20,000 bases of DNA, taken from the NCBI RefSeq assembly GCF_004010195.1, contig NC_057711.1:75196888-75216887 (forward strand). Reading direction: 5' to 3'. This DNA is from Chiloscyllium plagiosum (taxonomy: Eukaryota). The notes beneath the pieces are model-generated. The model worked only from the letters and a program-made list of their open reading frames with translations. It was not told the origin of the DNA and did not search any database. Positions 1-10,012 of the stretch are shown here, piece after piece; the stretch's first letter is position 1; each line of letters opens with the position of its first letter. A program made the translations under genes and the position numbers.

Positions 1-299
1 TTTTCACAGATTATGGTGTGAAGTGAATGTTTCTGGGTGGTTAGTTTAAATTAGCAGACGGGTTTACCCTGTATCATAACAATTGTTTCCTCACGCCAAA
101 GAGGCGCAACAATAGCCATGCTTCAACCAGGGCCTTAGTGCAACAGATGATAGGCTTTCCTAAGAGAAGGTTTTGATACCTGGAATGTATTGGAGAGGTG
201 AAAACCCCAAGGCAGAAAGCCTTAAAGTCAGAGGCAAAGCGAGATTCATTGGAGCTGATTGAAATTGGTTCTTGCTATATTATAGGGAAAGGAGCTAAC

Positions 300-2424
300 T
301 GTTTGATGAGTCTCTGGTAAGCAATTAAGGACTATCCATTAAATTCTAACATTTTATAATAATTGTTGGTTATGTTAATGAATTTAAAAGGCAACATAAG
401 TAAATAAATCATATCATTAAATACTCAGAACTCATTAAGGATGGCAGTTCAGGAGATGTATCAAGGTGCAGTTTATGGGAACTCCTGCTTGCCATTGTGA
501 TCCTGGGCAGACAGGCCACCAGTACGTATTTGGAGTTTGAGCAGCTTCAGTTTAGAGTTTATGAGCTGTAATGCATCAGGTTGAGGGAAGTTATCTGGAT
601 TCTTTGTACCAGTATGCAGTCATGCCACTTAGGATCAGGTCTTCTTATTCAGTCAGTGATCAGAGACAGGAGGTTGTGACTGTGAATTAGGCTAGTGAGT
701 GGACCCAGAAAGCAAGAATCTAGGAGTTTCAGCCTCCACAATTGTCCAGTTGGGTTGTGGTTCTCTCAACCTATTTGGGTGAGTGCAGGCTGCAGAGTGT
801 GTATACGAACTTACAGGAGCATTGTGATATAGGAGGACATTCAAGTGAGGGAATAATAAGGAATGTAGGGGTAGTTGACAATAGTGTGAGGAGGATTGAC
901 ACCTTTCTTTGCAGCAAAGAGCGAGGTTTGAGACAACTGTGTTGCATGCCCAGTGCCAGGGTTTGGGAAATCTGCTCAGGACTGGCAAGTAACTTGTAAT
1001 AGAAGAAGAAAGATCTCGTGGTCTATATAATTACCAACCGTACAGATTGAACCAAGAAATAGGTTCTGAATACAGAACTCAAGGAGTTAGGCACTAAATT
1101 GAAAAAGTAGAAACTCAAAGGATATAATTACTAGATTATTACCTGAGTCTCATAAATTGGCATATGGTACATAAAATTAGAGAGATGAAAGACACGTGAC
1201 TCAAAGACTGTGTGGGAGCAGTCAGTTCGGGTTTGTGAACAATTGACGCCGGTATTGAGGCCAGTGGGCGCAGTGTCATTGGAACAATCTGTACCTGAAC
1301 TGCGCTGAAGCCAGTGTCCTTGTAGACTACATAAAAAAGGAAGGGTTTTAAACTAAATAGTAGGGACAAGGGATCAAATTTGCAAGAAGTTGTATATCAA
1401 AGAATAGGCACAAGGTAAGAGAGTAAAATAGTAACATGAGAAATGAGGTTCAAAGAAAGGTAGGATGAGCAGAGAGAAAAAAAGAGAATATACCAACAAT
1501 TAAGACAAGATATCACAAAAATAACAAAAATTTAAAACTAAGAGCTCTGTATCTGAATACACATAGCATCCATGACAATGTAAACAAATTAATAATGTAT
1601 ATTAAAATAAATTAATATGAGTTGATAGCCTCATATGTTGGAAACATGGTTTCAGATGACAAGGATTGAGTCCTGAATATTAATGAGTATTTAACAAACT
1701 AAAAGGCAGTAAACCCTTTATTGGTTGCCCCTACAGAACCAGGTGTGTTCCAGTTGATCAAATATTCTGTATAATCAAGAGGTTCGTTTAATCAATGTAA
1801 AAACACACACTAAGTAATGGAACATAATGCAGGGGTATATTTTATGCTTTACTTAAAACATAAATCACTTAAATAATAATTAAAAATTGCCTTAAATAAA
1901 ATCTACCAGTGAGCTTTCTCACTTGGACTCTCAACTGACTCGTCAGACATCATGGTGATCACAATTATACAATAAACTTCCGTGATTAGAGGTAAACCTC
2001 CAGTATTTCTGGTATACAATTTCTGCCAGTTTATAAGGTACCAGTTAAAACAAAGCTTGCTATAACAGGAATCTATGTAAAGGTAGAGGGCTGGCACAGT
2101 TGATCAAGGATGACATTCGTGCAATAGTTAGAGACCCTGGATCAGGAGGGCAGATGTAAAATTGGTTTTGGTTGAGATTAAGAATAGTAGAGGAAGGAAG
2201 TGATCAGTGTGAGTAGTCAACAGATGTCCTAAGAGTAACTACAATGACGGGCAAAGTGCATATACTGTGTGCTTGTAATAAAGGGATGGCATGATTTTAA
2301 TTTACATATAAACTGGAGACATCAGATTTGCAGTAACAGCCTGGATGAAAAGTTCATTAAATGTTTTCAAGATAGTTTCTTAAAGCAGAATGTTCTGGAA
2401 CTGTCTATGCATATTAAGAATGAG
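300..2424 (+). mobile_element. Old degraded CR1 LINE, 5' part: ORF1 (ZF/LZ + esterase remnant, ~441-1356) and ORF2 APE endonuclease N-terminal half (~1540-2424)
   Basis: Broken frames read CSLWEL...LEFEQLQFRVYEL (~467-570), then VGVVDNSVRRIDTFLCSKERGLRQLCCMPSARV (aligns to VVIGDSIVRGTDRGFCGSRRDLRMVCCFPGARM at 19.5 kb). ORF1 ends in ttaaactaa like the other copies. Downstream come RALYLNTHSI, KGRGLAQLIKD and DFNLHINW...FIKCFQDSFLKQNV (APE motifs). Many stops and frameshifts; 5' boundary approximate. Confidence 0.85.
1707..2064. mobile_element. AT-rich insertion in the CR1 endonuclease; possibly a decayed Tigger/pogo-like MITE
   Basis: Joining 1706 to 2065 restores aag g|ac agg aat cta tgt aaa ggt aga ggg (KDRNLCKGRG, the DR..GGG motif). 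The insert begins CAGTAAACCC and ends gcttgctata, a weak TIR match. No TA is seen on the left side. Confidence 0.45.
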
Positions 2425-3080
2425 GTGAAAAGTGTGGCGCTGGAAAAGCACAACAGGTCAGGCAGCATCAGAGGAGCAGGAGAATCGACGTTTCAGGCAT
2501 AAGCTCTTCATCAGGAATGTTGGGGAGTGGGGAGTAAGGTAGCTGATAGATGCAGGTGGGGGGTGATGGTGATAGGTCAGTGATGGAGAGTGCAGTGGAT
2601 AAGTGGGAGGAGTGGATAGGTGGAAATGAAAATGGACAGGTAGGAAAGTTCAAGAGGGTGGTGCTGAGTTGGAGGGTTGGATTGGGTTGAGGTGGGTGGA
2701 GGAGAGATGGAGAAACTGGTGAAATCGAATTTGATGCCATGCGGTTAGAGGGTCCCAAGGGGGAAGGTGAGGCATTCTTCCTCCAAGCGAAGATTGGCTA
2801 GGATTTGGCAGTAGAGGAAGCCCAAGACTTGCATGCATATCACTATCACCCCGCACCTGCATCTACCTATCACCTTCCAGGCTACCTCCCCCACACCCCA
2901 CCCACACCCCCACCCTCCTATTTATCTCTCTGTCCCCTTCCCTCCCCTCCACATTCCAGATGAAGGGCTTATGCCTGAAAGATCAACTCTCCTACTCCTT
3001 GGATGCTACCTGACCTGCTGTACTTTTCCAGCGCCACACTTTTCAACTCTGATCTCCAGCATCTGCAGTCCTCACTTTCT
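2425..3080. mobile_element. Penelope-like element (PLE) fragment: minus-strand GIY-YIG C-terminus + pLTR (2425-2835) fused to an inverted plus-strand pLTR copy (2838-3080)
   Basis: Minus strand from 2834 reads MQVLGFLYCQILANLRLEEECLTFPLGTL*PHGIKFDFTSF, typical of the PLE endonuclease C-terminus. 2425-2520 is the reverse complement of ~2951-3045, and 2545-2575 of 2838-2866. Flanks tctatgcatattaagaatgag (2404-2424) and tctatgttatgaatgag (3080-3096) look like a diverged TSD. Confidence 0.85.
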
Positions 3081-3459
3081 CTATGTTATGAATGAGTTAG
3101 GTTTGGTGATAATGGGACACCAGCACAGGGCTGGTGTTCCACAGAGACCTTCATGTCGTCACATGAGTGGATTTGCCTTTACCTAACCAAACCTATCATT
3201 TTGTTCTCATATGGGGTGAAGAGTCTAATGTCTGTCATCCCCTTCTCACATCACCTATCTCAACCAGGAGGGTTGAGTATAATAGTAGTGAATTTCCCCA
3301 GTGAATGAATGGGAAGTGCAGTGGGCAGGAAGGGTTAGTAGTTTGAAAGGATGAGGTGACAGAGAAGTTGAATTATGGCTTGCGGTTTTTCAAAGTTGAG
3401 CTGAACACATCCCAAACAGCTTCAGTCCTAGCAATGGGAATCCAGTTAGAAACCTCGTC

Positions 3460-3657
3460 ACCCTCCAGAACTCACTTGCTAAATCCCACCATCTTGGTAC
3501 TTCCCTCTGCTCCTTTAAAATGTTTCTCAAAATCGAGCTCTTTGATCATGCCTTTGGTCACCTCTCTAGATATTTTCTTTGCCAGTATGTATGTATTAGC
3601 TTTCCATTTCTCTTCCTGATGGCTCCCCTTTACCCATTTAACTTAAGTTGTTGTGAT
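3460..3657 (+). mobile_element. L2-type LINE 3' end fragment
   Basis: From 3463 reads LQNSLAKSHHLGTSLCSFKMFLKIELFDHAFGHL, matching the L2 ORF2 C-terminal motif WNSLP...FKxxLKTxLF; followed by an aagttgttg-type tail. Confidence 0.7.
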
Positions 3658-3697
3658 TTTTCTGTATTGCTGTGATGAGGATAGTGGTATAGGAAAA

Positions 3698-3768
3698 ATT
3701 AAAAAGTCACACAACACCAGGTTATAGTCCAACAGGTTTAATTGGAAGCACTAGCTGCTCCTTCATCA
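3698..3768 (-). mobile_element. Short PLE terminal-repeat fragment with 15-bp target-site duplication
   Basis: Nearly identical to 12663-12741 (tcacacaacaccaggttatagtccaaca...gctccttcatca). Flanked by the direct repeat agtggtataggaaaa at 3683-3697 and 3769-3783. Confidence 0.75.
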
Positions 3769-4399
3769 AGTGGTATAGGAAAAGTCTGTTTAATACAAGT
3801 TTGCAAATGGGGAAAATGACTCAATTTCTGAATGTGGAAATATTGTCACATAGAAGTTTAGGTCAGTTCAAAAATACCTTTGATTACGCTTAATCTTATA
3901 ACTTTATCTGAACATGTAGCTGGGCATCATATTACTTGCTTCAGCTTCACAAAAACAATTCAACAGGTGCTGGGAACACCATTTCCCAAATTCAAGAAAA
4001 TGCCAACCGTCAATTTAAAGAGACCAGGTTTAATGATACTGCATTTCTCTGAAATATTCAAATAAAATGACCACACATTTATTGTTATGCCCTGGTAAAA
4101 CAGTTCAGAGGTAACCGATGACAAGAATAATAAAACTGAGTATATTGAGGCATGCTACAGTAGATGCAAAACTCTAGTTTGTGACCAACGTAAGTAGTGG
4201 CACCAGCTGTGGGCATGAGTTTGCCACTGCTCAAACATGTGGTTTCAGAAGCTGATGCCAGTCCTACAAGTAAGATGTTGACAGAGATCATCCTGCGGTG
4301 CACAGAACATAGAACATTACAGCGCTATACAGGCCCTTCGGCTTTCAATGTTGCGCCAACTTGTGAAACCAGTCTGAAGCCCATCTAATCTACACTATT

Positions 4400-7300
4400 C
4401 CATTTTCATCCATATGCCTATCCAATAACCATTTAAATGCCCTTAAAGTCTACTACTGTTAAGGCAGTGCATTCCACGCCCCTACTATTCTCTGAGTAAA
4501 GAAAATACTTCTGACATCTGTCCTATATCTATCACCCCTCAATTTGAAGCACTGACCTTTGTGCTAGCCATCATCACCTGATGGAAAAGACTCTCGCTAA
4601 CCAAGCTATCTAACCCTCTGGTTATCTTATATGTCTCACTTAAGTCACCTCTCAAACTTCTTCTCTCTAATGATAACAGCCTCAAGTCACTCAGCCTTTC
4701 CTCATCAGACCTTCCCTCTATACCACGCAACATCCTAGTAAACCTCCTCTGAACCTTTTCCAAAGCTTCCACATCCTTCCGATAACGCGGTGACCAGAAC
4801 TGTACACAAAACTCCATGAGTGGCCGCACCAGAGTTTTGTACAGCTGCAGCATGAACTCATGGTTCCGAAACTCAATCCCTCTGCTAATAAAAGGTAACA
4901 CACCGTATGCCTTCTTAACAACCCTATCAACCTGGATGGTAACCTTCAGGAATCTATGTACATGATTACAGAGATCTCACTACCCATCTACACCACCAAG
5001 AATCTTACCATTAGCTCAGTACTCTGCATTCCTGTTGCTCCTTCCAAAGTGAATCACCTCACACTTTTCCACATTAAACTCCATTTGCCACCTCTGAGCC
5101 GAGCTCTGCAGCTTATCTATGTCCCTCTGTAACCTACAACATCCTTCTGCACTACCCACAACTCTACCAACCTTAGTGTCATCAGCAAATTTACTGACCC
5201 ATCCTTCTACGCCCACATCTAGGTCATTTATAAAAATGACCAACAGCAGTGGATCCAAAACAAATCCTTGTGGTACACCATTAGTAACTGAAATCCAGGA
5301 TGAACATTTCCCATGAAGCACCACCCTCTGTCTTCTTTCAGCTAGCTAATTTTTGATCCAAACCATTAAATTACCCTCAATCCCTTGCCTCTGAATTCTT
5401 TGTAATAGCCTACCATGCAAACACCTTACTGAAATCTATACACACCACATCAATGGCTTTACTCTCATCCACATGCTTGGTCACCTTCTCAAAGAACTCA
5501 AAAAGATTTGTCAGGCATGACCTACCCTTTGCAAAACTGTGTTAACTATCCCTAATCAACATATTTCTTTCTAGATGATTTTAAATCATATTGCTTATAA
5601 CCTTTTCCAATACTTTACCCACAACTGAAGTAAGGCTCATTAGTCTATAATTACCAGGGTTGTTTCTACTCCCCTTCTTGAACAAGGGGACAACATTTGC
5701 TATCCTCCAGTCTTCTGGCACTATTCCTGTAGACAACGATGACATAAAGATCAAAGCCAAAGATTTGTCAATCTCCTCCCTGGCTTCCCAGAGAATCCTA
5801 GGAAAAATCCCATCCAGTCCAGGGGACTTATCTATTTTTATACTTTTCAGAAGTGCTAACAACTCCTCCTTGTGAACCTCTAGTTTAGTAGTCTGTATCT
5901 CAGTATTTTCCTCGACAACATTGTCTTTTTCTAGTATGAATACTGAAGAAAAATGTTCATTTAGCACTTCCCATATCTTATCCGACTCCACTCACAAGTG
6001 CCCACTACGATCCTTGATTGGCCACAATCTTACTCTAGTCATTCTTTTATCGCTGATTTACCTGTAGAAAGCCTGAGGGTTTTCCTTGATCTTATCCATC
6101 AACAATGTCTCATGTCCCCTCCTGGCTCTTCTTAACTCTTTCTTTAGGTCTTTCCTGGCTAACTTGTTACGGTCAAGTGCCCTAACTGAACCTTCACATC
6201 TCATCCTAACATACGTCTTCTTCTTCCTCTTGACAAGAGACTCAACTTACTTAGGAAAGCACGGTTCCCACACTTGACAAATTCCTCCCTGCCTGACAGG
6301 TACATACTTATCAAGGACCCGCAGTCGCTGGGCCTTGAATAAGCTCCACATTTCAATTGTGGCCATCGCCATCTTATGTATCCTAAATCTTGCCTAATTG
6401 CATCGCAATTTCCTTTCCCCCAGCTATAACTCTTGCCCTGCGATATATACCTATCCTTTTCCATCACTAAAGTAAACATAACCAAATCGTAGACACTATC
6501 ATTAAAGGGTTCACCTACCTCCAAATCTAAAACCTGGCTGGGTTCATTACCCAATACCAAATCTAATGTAGCCTTGCCCCTTGTTGGCCTGTCTACATAT
6601 TGTGTCAGGAAATCCTCTTGCACAAATTGGACAAAAACTGACCCATCTGAAGTTTGTGATCTACAGTATTCCCAGTCAATATTTAGATTTAGATTAGATT
6701 ACAGTGTGGAAACAGGCCCTTCAGCCCAACAAGTCCACACCGACCCGCCGAAGCGAAACCCACCCATACCCCTACATTTACCCCTTACATAACACTACAG
6801 GCAATTTAGCATGGCCAATTCACCTGACCCTGCACATCTTTGGATGGTGGGAGGAAACCGGAGCACCCGAAGGAAACCCACGCAGACACGGGGAGAACGT
6901 GCAAACTCCACACAGTCAGTCGCCTGAGGCGGGAATTGAACCTGGGTCTCTGGTGCTGCGAGGCAGCAGTGCTAACCACTGTGCCACCGTGCCGCCCACA
7001 TTTGGAAAGTTAAAGTCCCCCATAACAACTACCCTGTCACTCTTGCTCCAATCCAAAATTATTTTTGCTATCCTTTCCTCTACATCTCTGGAACTATTCG
7101 GAGGCCTATAGAAAACTCCCAACAGGGTAACCTGTCCTTTCCTGTTTTTAATCTCAGCCCATACTAGACGAGTCATCCATTGTCCTTTCTGCAACCATAA
7201 TACTGTCCTTGACTAACAATGCCACACCACCCCCTCTTTTACCATTTTCTTTGTTCTTACTGAAACATCTAAATCCTGGAACCTGCAACAACCATTCCTG

Positions 7301-7420
7301 TCCCTGTTCTACCCATGTCTCTGAAATGGCCACAACATCGAAATCCCAGGTAACAACCCATGCTGCAAGTTCACCCAGATGCTCCTGGCATTGAAGTAGA
7401 CACACTTCAAACCAACTTCT
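4400..7420 (-). pseudogene. CR1 ORF2 (APE endonuclease + reverse transcriptase), frameshifted
   Basis: LKCVYFNARSI; DVVAISETW; KRGGGVALLVK; GVFYRPPNS; VVMGDFNFPN|IDW; PTRGKATLDLVL; KSPGLDGIFPRIL; NPGNYRLMSLTSVVGKVLEK; GVPQGFVLDPLL; SKFADDTK; LYKTLVRPLMEFCVQFWSP. These are spread over several frames. Confidence 0.95.
6685..6997 (-). mobile_element. Full-length tRNA-derived V-SINE (HE1-like shark SINE)
   Basis: Minus strand begins GGGCGGCACGGTGGCACAGTGGTTAGCAC (A box) and has GGTTCAATTCC (B box), the V-domain TGTGTGGAGTTTGCACGTTCTCCCCGTGTCTGCGTGGGTTTCC, a CR1-like 3' end GGGCTGAAGGGCCTGTTTCCACACTGT and an (AATCT)n tail. TSD atattt / acattt. Confidence 0.93.
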
Positions 7421-7750
7421 TGCTTGCCGGTGCCCTCTTGCGATCTTGAAACCTTATTTCTGACCTCACTACTCTCAACCTCCTGTATACTCATACCACA
7501 ATTTGGGCTCCCATCCCCCTGCTGAATTAGTTTAATCTCACCCAAAGAGCATTAGAAAATTTCCCTCTCCAAGATATTGGTACCCCTCTAGTTCAGGTGA
7601 AGACCATCCTGTTTGTAGAGGTCCCACCCACCCCAGAAAGAGCCCAAATTAACCAGGAATCCAAAACCCTCTCTCGTAGCATCTCTGCAGCCACATGTTC
7701 AACTCTTCTTTCTCCCTATTCCTCATCTCGCTAGCACATTGCATGTGCAA

Positions 7751-8280
7751 TGAGACCTTGGAGTGCAGGTTCATAGCTCCTTGAAATTGGAGTCGCAGGT
7801 AGATAGGATAGTGAAGAAGGCGTTTGGTATGCTTTCCTTTATTGGTCAGAGTATTGAGTACAGGAGTTGGGAGGTCATGTTGCAGCTGTACAGGACTTTG
7901 GTTAGGCCACTGTTGGAATATTGCATGCAATTCTGGTCTCCTTCCTATCGGAAAGACGTTGTGAAACTTGAAAGGGTTCAGAAAAGATTTACAAGGGTGT
8001 TGCCAGGGTTAGAGGATCCGAGCTACAGGGAGAGGCTGAACAGGCTGGGGCTNNNNNNNNNNNNNNNNNNNNNNNNNNGAAGTGGTGGAGGCTGTTACAA
8101 TTGCAACATTTAAAAGGCATTTGGATGGGTATATGAATAAGAAGGGTTTGGAGGGATATGGGCCGGGTGCTGGCAGGTGGGACTAGATTGGGTTGGGATA
8201 TCTGGTCGGCATGGACGGGTTGGACCAAAGGGTCTGTTTCCATGCTGTACATCTCTATGACTCTATGATTCTATGACTCT
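7751..8280 (+). mobile_element. 5'-truncated CR1 3' end nested antisense in the ORF1 of the large CR1
   Basis: LYRTLVRPLLEYCMQFWSPSYRKDVVKLERVQKRFTRVLPGL; 3'UTR and (ctatgact)n-like tail. 8079-8280 is very similar to 9817-10011. Confidence 0.92.
8053..8078. other. Assembly gap (26 N)
   Basis: Run of N in the sequence. Confidence 1.
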
Positions 8281-9228
8281 AGTTCTAAGCTTCCATCCCA
8301 GCTCCCTGACTTTCTACCTTAAATCCCCATCTCTCTTCCTACCTACGTTGTTGGTGCCTATATGGACCATAATTTGGGGCTGCTCCCCCTCCTCCTCTAG
8401 GATCCCGAAAACATGATCAGAGACATCATGAACCCTGGCACCTGGCAGGCAACACATCAACTGTGAGTCTGTCTCATTCCCACAGAAAATCCTGTCTGTT
8501 CCCCTAACTATGGAGTTCCCAATGACTAATGCTCTGCTCCTCTTCCCCCTTCTCTTCTGAGCAACATAAACAGACTCTGTGCCAGAGAAATGTACCCCAT
8601 GGCTTACCCCTGGTAAGTCATTTCCTCCCAATAGAATCCAAAATGGTATACTTGTTGTTGAGGGAAACGGCCACAGGGGACCCCTGCACTGCCTTTCCAT
8701 CCCCTGACGGTAACCCATCTACCTTCTTCTTGTGCCTGAGGTGTGACTCCCTGTAACTCCTCTAAATAACCCCCCTCCATCTCCCGAAGTTCATCGAGCT
8801 CCAGCTCCAGTTCCCTAATGCAGTTTTCGAGGAGCTGGAGTTAGGTGCACTTCCTGCAGATGAGGTCAGCAGGGACACTAGTGGTGACTCTTACCTCCCA
8901 CATTCTGCAGGAGGAACATTTACCTGACCTAATCTCCATTGCCACTATTCTGCATACCCAACGAGACTACTGAAAACTAAAAGAAAATAAAAACTAGTCC
9001 ACTTATATTCCAGCGCTCAGACCCTTTTTTTAAGGTTAGGGGAGGAGGAGGGGTGGGAAACACTGCTCAAGTAGTGTTTCAGGTAAAGTAACTGCCCAAA
9101 TACAAGGCCTCACTTACCCAGCTCCTGTCTGCTCCTGCCCAATGTGCATTCTGCCTATACACGAGGTAAGGTTATATACTTTAAATTTACCTTACCATTA
9201 GGCCTCTGGTCCTCACTGTCGCTCCTGC

Positions 9229-9427
9229 CACTTCAACTGCCGCTGATCTGGAGGGGCAGATAGGAAACAACTTCTTTTGAGGCGGTCTCTACCTTTCCAG
9301 ATCAGCTTATTCAGCCATCAGAGGAAGTCCTCCAGATGATCTCATTGACCTCACTAAGTTCTAAGCTGCACTTCCATCAGCTGTTGTAGATGGAAGGATG
9401 CCAATCCTCCACCCTAACTGTTGGTGC
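9229..9427. repeat. Centre and right arm of a diverged palindrome whose left arm is 4200-4303
   Basis: gctgatctgga (9242-9252) / tccagatcagc (9296-9306) is a perfect inverted repeat; further nested inverted matches reach 4200-4292. Confidence 0.6.
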
Positions 9428-9635
9428 AATTATAACAGCGCAGCTCAACCTGCAACAACTACAAAGGAACACAGTCGGAAGAAAGTTGGAACACATAATG
9501 TTAAGCTTCTAATCCTGTACATATAGCTGACAATCTACTTTACGTTGCAGTTTTTCTCACTATTGACCACATAAGTATACTAACTTATAAACAGCTTTCA
9601 AAAGGACTAGTGTTGAAATGAACAATTCCTAATCA

Positions 9636-10012
9636 TATAGAGATTTATAAAATCATGAGGGGTATGGATCGGGTAAATAGACAAGGTCTTTTACCTGGGG
9701 TGGGGGAGTCCATAATTAGCGCATAGGTTTAGGGTGAGAAGGGAAAGATATAAAAGAGACCTAAGGAGCAACTTTTTCACACAGAGGGTGGTACGGGTAT
9801 GGAATGAGCTGCCAGAGAAAGTGGTGGAGGCTGGTACAATTGCAACATTTAAAAGGCATCTGGATGGGTATATGAATAGGAAGGGTTTGGAGGGATATGG
9901 GTCAGGTGCTGGCAGGTGGGACTAGATTGTGTTAGGATACCCTGTCAGCATGGATGAGTTGGACCGAAGGGTCCGTTTTCATGCTGTACATCTCCATGAC
10001 TCTATGACTCTA
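9636..10012 (+). mobile_element. 5'-truncated CR1 3' end (same subfamily as 7751-8280)
   Basis: IEIYKIMRGMDRV...RDLRSNFFTQRVVRVWNELPEKVVEAGTIATFKRHLDGYM; tail ctccatgactctatgactcta. Confidence 0.92.

Larger units (their letters stand above)
7527..8939 (-). pseudogene. CR1 ORF1 (CxxC-CxxC zinc finger, leucine zipper, SGNH/GDSL esterase), disrupted
   Basis: MEIRSGKCSSCRMWEV...LICRKCT*LQLLENCIRELELELDELR; ALVIGNSIVRGTD; CLPGARV; VHIGTNNVG; WDLYKQDGLHLN*. Interrupted at 7751-8280. Confidence 0.92.
4304..9228 (-). mobile_element. Near full-length CR1 LINE (5'UTR, ORF1, ORF2, short microsatellite tail), inactivated and carrying two nested insertions
   Basis: ORF1, APE and RT motifs are collinear on the minus strand. 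The 3' tail is atgttct x2 at 4304-4317. The 5' boundary is inferred from the cac repeat (4301-4303 / 9229-9231) and from restoration of a flanking palindrome. Confidence 0.93.

Noticed and set aside
2468..3186. Pro/Ser/His-rich ORFs (2468-2758, 2650-2862, 2833-3186)
   Set aside because: Translations of the low-complexity PLE terminal region, not genes.
6900..6997. tRNA gene (also 13880-13960)
   Set aside because: The A/B boxes are SINE heads followed by SINE cores and tails; no full cloverleaf.
6704..7111. 135-aa plus-strand ORF and the other short antisense ORFs in the track
   Set aside because: Shadow frames of SINE/CR1 sequence with no independent coding evidence.
9285..9470. Minus-strand acceptor (gttgttgcag|gttgag) and possible exon
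   Set aside because: Stops in all frames; the region is better explained as a palindrome arm.
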